Positions 26,171 to 30,860 of a stretch of 30,860 nt of DNA are shown here, piece after piece. The DNA comes from Acutalibacteraceae bacterium (GTDB lineage Bacteria > Bacillota > Clostridia > Oscillospirales > Acutalibacteraceae), in contig JAZRRV010000048.1 of NCBI GenBank assembly GCA_045651085.1, positions 1-30,860 of the forward strand. Reading direction: 5' to 3'. The notes under the pieces were generated by a model, which did no database searches, was not told the origin of the DNA, and saw nothing but the letters and a program-made list of their open reading frames with translations. Each line of letters opens with the position of its first letter. Position 1 is the first letter of the stretch. The translations under genes were made by a program, and so were the position numbers.

Positions 26171-27640
26171 ATGGAAGAACAGAAATTAAAGAATAAAGTA
26201 TTCAGCGGCGTGATATGGAAATTTCTTGAGCGGATTTGCGCGCAGGGAATCTCGCTGGTCGTTTCTATTCTTTTGGCACGGTTGCTCATGCCGGATGATT
26301 ACAGTGTGGTTAGTATTGTTGCTATTTTTTTCTCGTTTTGCAATGTGTTCATATCGGGCGGGCTCAATACCTCCTTAATTCACAAGAAAAACGCGGATAT
26401 TCTTGATTTTTCAACGATTTTACATATCGGTATGATTATGGCGGCGGTTCTGTATGCGATTATGTTCTTTGCAGCGCCGGCTATTGCTCGTCTGTATGAT
26501 AAAGCAATTCTGGTCCCCATTATTCGTGTTATGGGTTTAGGTTTTTTTATCAATACTTTCAAAGGCGTTGTTTGTGCGCAGGTCTCAAACAATATGGAAT
26601 TCCGAAAGTTCTTTTGGGCTACCATTGTGGGCACCGTTGTTTCTGCCGTTATCGGCATTACCATGGCGCTGAAAGGTTACGGCCCGTGGGCGTTGGTTGC
26701 ACAACAAATGAGCAACGCTGTTATTGATACGATTGTGTTATTTTTCACTATCAAATTTCGGTTTGTATTCCAAATCTCTTTTAAGCGGTTCAAGGCGTTA
26801 TTTCGGTACAGTTGGAAACTGTTTCTTGCCTCAATTGTTTCCACTGCGTATGATGAGGCAAAACCGCTCATCGTGGGCCTTAAATTTTCATCGGTAGACT
26901 TGGCATTTTATACGAAAGGTTCCAGTTTCCCCAGTTTAATTAATTCTACTGTCAGCAATACGATGTCAGGGGTGTTGTTTCCGGCGCTTTCCAAGCTGCA
27001 GGATGATACAAACGCCTTGCTGTCGGCGGTGCGGCGCTATATTAAGGTGTCCTCTTTTTTAATATTTCCTATGATGATGGGATTGTTTTGCGTTTCGGAC
27101 ACGTTTGTAAAAGTAATATTAACTGAAAAATGGCTTGAAATTGTACCGTTTCTGCAAATTTTCTGTGTGTGCTATATGTTTGACTTGGTACAGGTGGGGA
27201 ATTTGCAAGTATTCAAGGCGATGGGACGTACAGACATCACCTTAATTACCGAAATTATAAAAAAATCGGTCTATTTTTTAATTATACTGGGTTTTGTTCT
27301 GTTATCGGATAACGCCATTGCTTTCGCCTTTTCCAATGTGTTTTGCACAGTTGTGGCAATACTGGTTAACACCTATCCGAACAGGAAATTGTTGGGGTAT
27401 CAATACCGGTTACAGTTGTATGACATTGTGCCGAATTTGGTGGCAGCACTGGTTATGGGCGCTTGTGTATATTTGGTGGGGCTTTTGCCGATTCGTCCGG
27501 TGTTGCTCTTGGGCCTACAGGTTGTTGTGGGCATTGCGGTTTACGTGACGTTGGCTATTTTAACAAAAAACGAGAGTTTTATGTATCTGTTGGGATTTGT
27601 AAAAGATTTGCTCAAAAAAAGGGGAACGCACCATGCCTAA
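26171..27640 (+). CDS. wzx: Wzx flippase (WzxC-like, right operon)
   Basis: Motifs KVFSGVIWKF, LARLL.P.DY, GL...LI, F+KFF, GYGPWALVAQQ and G..LFPALSK.QDD. Start inferred at MEEQK (26171) because the longer ORF overlaps GT2 copy B. Confidence 0.9.
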   Translation: MEEQKLKNKVFSGVIWKFLERICAQGISLVVSILLARLLMPDDYSVVSIVAIFFSFCNVFISGGLNTSLIHKKNADILDFSTILHIGMIMAAVLYAIMFFAAPAIARLYDKAILVPIIRVMGLGFFINTFKGVVCAQVSNNMEFRKFFWATIVGTVVSAVIGITMALKGYGPWALVAQQMSNAVIDTIVLFFTIKFRFVFQISFKRFKALFRYSWKLFLASIVSTAYDEAKPLIVGLKFSSVDLAFYTKGSSFPSLINSTVSNTMSGVLFPALSKLQDDTNALLSAVRRYIKVSSFLIFPMMMGLFCVSDTFVKVILTEKWLEIVPFLQIFCVCYMFDLVQVGNLQVFKAMGRTDITLITEIIKKSVYFLIILGFVLLSDNAIAFAFSNVFCTVVAILVNTYPNRKLLGYQYRLQLYDIVPNLVAALVMGACVYLVGLLPIRPVLLLGLQVVVGIAVYVTLAILTKNESFMYLLGFVKDLLKKRGTHHA

Positions 27641-28781
27641 TTGTATAAAAAAAGCGTTTCAAGCCCTCTATCGCAAGGTTTTTTCCTGGCTACCGGTGGG
27701 GAACTATATTATTTTTGAGAGCGTTCCCGATTTGGGAGACAGTACCAAGCCGGTTTTTGACGAAATGGTTAGGCGTGGATTGAATAAAACCTATAAATTG
27801 GTGTGGTGGGTCAGTAATAAAAAGGACGTGCGATTGCCGAAAATCAACAATGTCGTGTACGTTGATAATACCACCCGATGGAACAAGCGGCTGTTTTACT
27901 ATTACCGTATGCGGGCCAAATGCTTTATTTATTGCAACAAGTTTTTGCGGAAAGAGGACAACCGCACAAAAAGTTTTTATATCACGCACGGAACGGCCAT
28001 CAAAAGCATCAAATCGTATTATCGTGCGCCGGAGGATTTGGACTATTGCTTTGTCACATCGCCGTATGTTGCCGATATGATGGCAGAACAGAACAGTGTA
28101 CCGCCTCACAAGATGGTAGCACTGGGCTATCCGCGTAACGATGCCTTGAGCACACCCTTGCGTGATTTGCACAGCGTTTTGCAAAAGGACTACGAAAAAG
28201 TTATTGTGTGGTACCCGACCTATCGGCAACACAAAGATGCAAAGGCGCATACAGCCGGCAACGCTTTGCCCATTATTCACGATGCGGCGAAAGCGGAAGT
28301 AATTAACGGTATTCTTAAAGAAAACCGAATGGTTATTGTGGTTAAGCCGCACTTTGCACAGGATATTTCGTATGTAAAAGATTTGAATTTAAGCAATATC
28401 GTTTTTATTGATGATGATTTTTTTGAAAAACACGCCATCACCTCCTATCAATTTGTAGGCAGTTGTGATGCCTTGCTTACCGATTACTCCTCCGTTTATT
28501 ACGATTATCTTCTTTGCGAAAAACCCATTGGTCTTGTGTGGGAGGATATTGACACCTACCGCGAGCACCCCGGTTTTGCCGTTGATTTGGATTACTATAT
28601 GAAAGCCGGAGAAAAAATATATACTATGGAAGATTTTGTGCGGTTTATCGAAAACGTGGCAACCGATAACGATAGTTTGAAAGCCGAGAGAGCGGAGATT
28701 AATGCTGTGGTCAATTATGCATCGGACGGTAAAAACACGCAGCGCGTTGTCGATTTTATTGCAGAGAAAGCGGCCCTTTGA
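27633..28781 (+). CDS. CDP-glycerol/polyol-phosphate transferase family protein (TagB/F-like; possibly WchX-like)
   Basis: Motifs IIFES.PD, THGT.IK, LGYPRND, WYPTYR, VKPH and DALLTDYSSVYYDY. Confidence 0.88.
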   Translation: MPNCIKKAFQALYRKVFSWLPVGNYIIFESVPDLGDSTKPVFDEMVRRGLNKTYKLVWWVSNKKDVRLPKINNVVYVDNTTRWNKRLFYYYRMRAKCFIYCNKFLRKEDNRTKSFYITHGTAIKSIKSYYRAPEDLDYCFVTSPYVADMMAEQNSVPPHKMVALGYPRNDALSTPLRDLHSVLQKDYEKVIVWYPTYRQHKDAKAHTAGNALPIIHDAAKAEVINGILKENRMVIVVKPHFAQDISYVKDLNLSNIVFIDDDFFEKHAITSYQFVGSCDALLTDYSSVYYDYLLCEKPIGLVWEDIDTYREHPGFAVDLDYYMKAGEKIYTMEDFVRFIENVATDNDSLKAERAEINAVVNYASDGKNTQRVVDFIAEKAAL

Positions 28782-28814
28782 AATGGGGCACAACAGTTGA
28801 TGGGAGTATAAACG

Positions 28815-29633
28815 ATGAATTCCGAATTGCTCAGGGCGGTACAATTAACGCAACTGGAAATTATGAAAGAGATACACAAAATTTGCAAAGAGAATGGGAT
28901 TACCTATTACCTTTGCGGTGGTACCACGTTGGGGGCGGTGCGCCATCAAGGGTTTATTCCGTGGGATGACGACCTGGATATTGTGCTTCCCCGCAAAGAT
29001 TACGAGGCGTTAATGAAAAAACTGAAAGAGTGTTTGCCCGAGCCCTACTGGCTTCAAGACTACACGACAGATGCCGGCTATTGGCAACCTTTTGCTAAAG
29101 TGAGAAAAAGAGGAACCGTTTACAAAGAAGCGGGCATGGAAGCCGTCCCGGATTCTTTGTGCGGTATATGGGTGGATATTTTTCCGCTGGATTATGTAAA
29201 ACGCAAAAACAGTTTGGCTCTTAAAATGCGAAAACAAATTGTCCGCACCATTGGGTTTACACTTCGCAAAAAAAAGTTTGGTTTGAACGTCGGCAGTTTT
29301 TCCAGACGATATGTTCCCGCTATCGTATTGTGGAGCGTATTCCCGCGTGCTTGGCTCAAAAAATGGCAAGTGATGGCTATGAAAGGTATCGGCGGTTGTC
29401 CGCAGTATCCGTACTTAGCCAGCATATCCAGCGGCTATGACATAAGCAAAGAAACCTATCCGCGTGAGTGGTTTGCCGAGGGTGTGGAAATGCCGTTTGA
29501 AGATGCTTTGTTCTGTGTACCCAAGGATTATCACCGTTATTTAACCCAGTTATTTGGGGAGTATATGCAGTTGCCGCCCGCTCAAAAAAGGCAGGGGCAT
29601 AATATATCAAACGACGCGGATATTATTGTTTGA
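28815..29633 (+). CDS. licD: LicD-family phosphotransferase
   Basis: Motifs Y.L.GGT.LGAVRHQGFIPWDDDLDI, VDIFPLD, FE and P.DY..YL...FG.YM..PP. Confidence 0.9.
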   Translation: MNSELLRAVQLTQLEIMKEIHKICKENGITYYLCGGTTLGAVRHQGFIPWDDDLDIVLPRKDYEALMKKLKECLPEPYWLQDYTTDAGYWQPFAKVRKRGTVYKEAGMEAVPDSLCGIWVDIFPLDYVKRKNSLALKMRKQIVRTIGFTLRKKKFGLNVGSFSRRYVPAIVLWSVFPRAWLKKWQVMAMKGIGGCPQYPYLASISSGYDISKETYPREWFAEGVEMPFEDALFCVPKDYHRYLTQLFGEYMQLPPAQKRQGHNISNDADIIV

Positions 29634-29661
29634 GAAATATACTGTACTTTTTCGTAGTAAG

Positions 29662-29672
29662 TGTGGTATAAT
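29662..29672 (+). promoter_or_regulatory. Internal extended -10 promoter upstream of the nucleotidyltransferase/HAD pair
   Basis: TGTG-g-TATAAT (full TRTGn-TATAAT) in a roughly 115-nt intergenic gap. No convincing -35 box. Confidence 0.6.
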
Positions 29673-29750
29673 CGTTTTAATGAGAAATTGTCAAGAGAAC
29701 GAAGTAATGGTTAAAGACAAAGACTAGGAACATTTGGAGGAATTGTGATT

Positions 29751-30461
29751 ATGAAAGCGTTAATTCTCGCTGCCGGACTCGGCACCCGCCTTGCGCCCAT
29801 AACGGACGACCGCCCGAAATCGCTTGTTCCCGTAAACGGACAACCCATTTTGCTCAAACAAATTGAGAATCTTTTGGAAAACGGGATAACGGATATTACC
29901 GTTGTTTCGGGTTACAAGGGGGATATGCTGAAAAAGACGGTGCTCGCTCTGTATCCGGATATTAACATCATTCATAGTGTTGACTATGCCACTACCAATA
30001 ATATGTATTCGGCGTACTTGGCAAAAGACGTTATGAACGGGGAAGCGTTTTTAATGATGAATGCCGACGTGTTTTATGATGCATCGGTTATTACCGCGTT
30101 GCTTGAGGACAAGGCGCCCAACGCGATTGTAACGGAGATGGGGCGTTATATAGAGGAATCGATGAAAGTCGTTGAGCAGGACGGACGTATCGCCAAGATT
30201 TCCAAAGCCATTACACCCGAGGAGGCGCTCGGCGTTTCCATTGACGTGTATAAGTTCTCACGCGAAGGCGGCGCCGCGTTTTTTGCAAAATGTACCGAGT
30301 ATATTGAGCAAAAGGGCGAACTGAAACTTTGGAGTGAGGTCGCCTTGAACGACGTTCTGTCCGAAGTGGATTTCAAAGCGTGTCCGCTTGTGGGGCGTTG
30401 GCTGGAAATAGATAATCACGAGGACCTTGCCGCGGCAGAAAAACTGTTTAAGGAGAATTAA
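29751..30461 (+). CDS. NTP-transferase family cytidylyltransferase (LicC-like fold; most resembles pneumococcal Gtp2)
   Basis: Motifs MKALILAAGLGTRL, PKSL..VNG, NNMYS, MNADVFYD and W.EID..EDL. SD GGAGG. An alternative GTG start lies at 29745. Confidence 0.85.
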   Translation: MKALILAAGLGTRLAPITDDRPKSLVPVNGQPILLKQIENLLENGITDITVVSGYKGDMLKKTVLALYPDINIIHSVDYATTNNMYSAYLAKDVMNGEAFLMMNADVFYDASVITALLEDKAPNAIVTEMGRYIEESMKVVEQDGRIAKISKAITPEEALGVSIDVYKFSREGGAAFFAKCTEYIEQKGELKLWSEVALNDVLSEVDFKACPLVGRWLEIDNHEDLAAAEKLFKEN

Positions 30462-30860
30462 ATGGTTGATTATTTTGGTGCCGACGCTTCTATCTTAAAG
30501 CGTAAAAAATTATGGCTTTTGGATATGGATGGCACAATATACAATGATGGCTGTATTTTTGACGGTACTTTGGATTTCCTGAAATGGATTAAACAAAGTG
30601 GCGGGAAATACGTCTTTATCACAAACAATTCGTCCAAGTCGGTGGAGGATTATGTAAAAAAAGTATCGGCAATGCAAATTGAAGCGGATAGGGACAATTT
30701 TTTCACTTCAACGCAGGCAACGGTACTGTATTTGCAAAAGAATTATCCCGGCCAAAAGGTGTACGTCCAAGCCACCCGCCCTTGCGTGGAAGAGCTTATG
30801 GGTTCCGGCATTGAGGTTACCGAAGAGGTGGACGAGGAAGCCGATATTGTACTATTGGGT
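30462..30860 (+). CDS. HAD-IIA (NagD-like) enzyme, 5' partial; most resembles pneumococcal Gtp3
   Basis: Not in the ORF track. Translates as MVDYFGADASILKRKKLWLLDMDGTIYND...FITNNSSKS...FTSTQAT, with HAD motif I DMDGT and the class IIA TNN motif. ATG directly follows the upstream TAA, with SD AAGGAG. Runs off the window end. Confidence 0.9.
   Translation, partial: MVDYFGADASILKRKKLWLLDMDGTIYNDGCIFDGTLDFLKWIKQSGGKYVFITNNSSKSVEDYVKKVSAMQIEADRDNFFTSTQATVLYLQKNYPGQKVYVQATRPCVEELMGSGIEVTEEVDEEADIVLLG

Noticed and set aside
5103-27640. Long N-terminal extensions in the ORF track (wecB to 6266, GT2s to 9764, 11758, 13464 and 15110, wzx from 26069)
   Set aside because: The extensions overlap neighbouring genes or promoters; downstream starts have an SD or translational coupling and match family N-termini.
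9263-29275. A8/T8 and A7/T7 homopolymers in GT2 (9263-9270), licD (29268-29275) and the wzx-tagF junction
   Set aside because: They encode Lys/Phe-rich stretches, all frames are intact, and the lengths are within background.
397-30376. Many antisense and alternative-frame ORFs in the track (e.g. 397..891, 4412..4753, 13622..14137, 14792..15418, 27690..28352)
   Set aside because: They lie within or opposite well-supported genes, lack family motifs and RBS, and are expected shadow ORFs at this GC content.
1-30860. CRISPR arrays, IS elements, prophage or defence genes
   Set aside because: No regularly spaced repeats, transposase, integrase, phage or defence-system motifs were seen.

Overview
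Chromosomal window from a mid-GC Gram-positive bacterium. The SigA-type promoters, SD sequences and gene families fit Bacillota, probably Clostridia. Left end: tRNA-Pro(CGG), a YfhO-family GT-C membrane protein, dusB and a stand-alone Amidase_3. Most of the window is a surface-polysaccharide locus made of two divergently transcribed Wzx/Wzy-type operons. The left operon (minus strand, 13410 to 5103) encodes GT2, EpsG-type Wzy, GT2, GT32, GT2, a TagB/F-type phosphotransferase, Wzx and WecB. The right operon (plus strand, from 14559) encodes a priming phosphoglycosyltransferase, GT2/GT4 enzymes, Wzy, a Stealth protein, a tandemly duplicated GT2, Wzx, a TagB/F-type phosphotransferase, LicD, a nucleotidyltransferase and a HAD-IIA enzyme cut off by the window edge. 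Between the operons is a self-contained two-gene unit: a minimal ferredoxin:thioredoxin reductase catalytic subunit and a thioredoxin. Main points of interest: two polymerase/flippase sets but only one priming transferase, a structured leader on the right operon, a likely Gtp2/Gtp3-type (CDP-2-glycerol) module, and a mosaic GT2 tandem duplication. No integrase, transposase or CRISPR array was seen. All family assignments come from motif recognition, not database searches.
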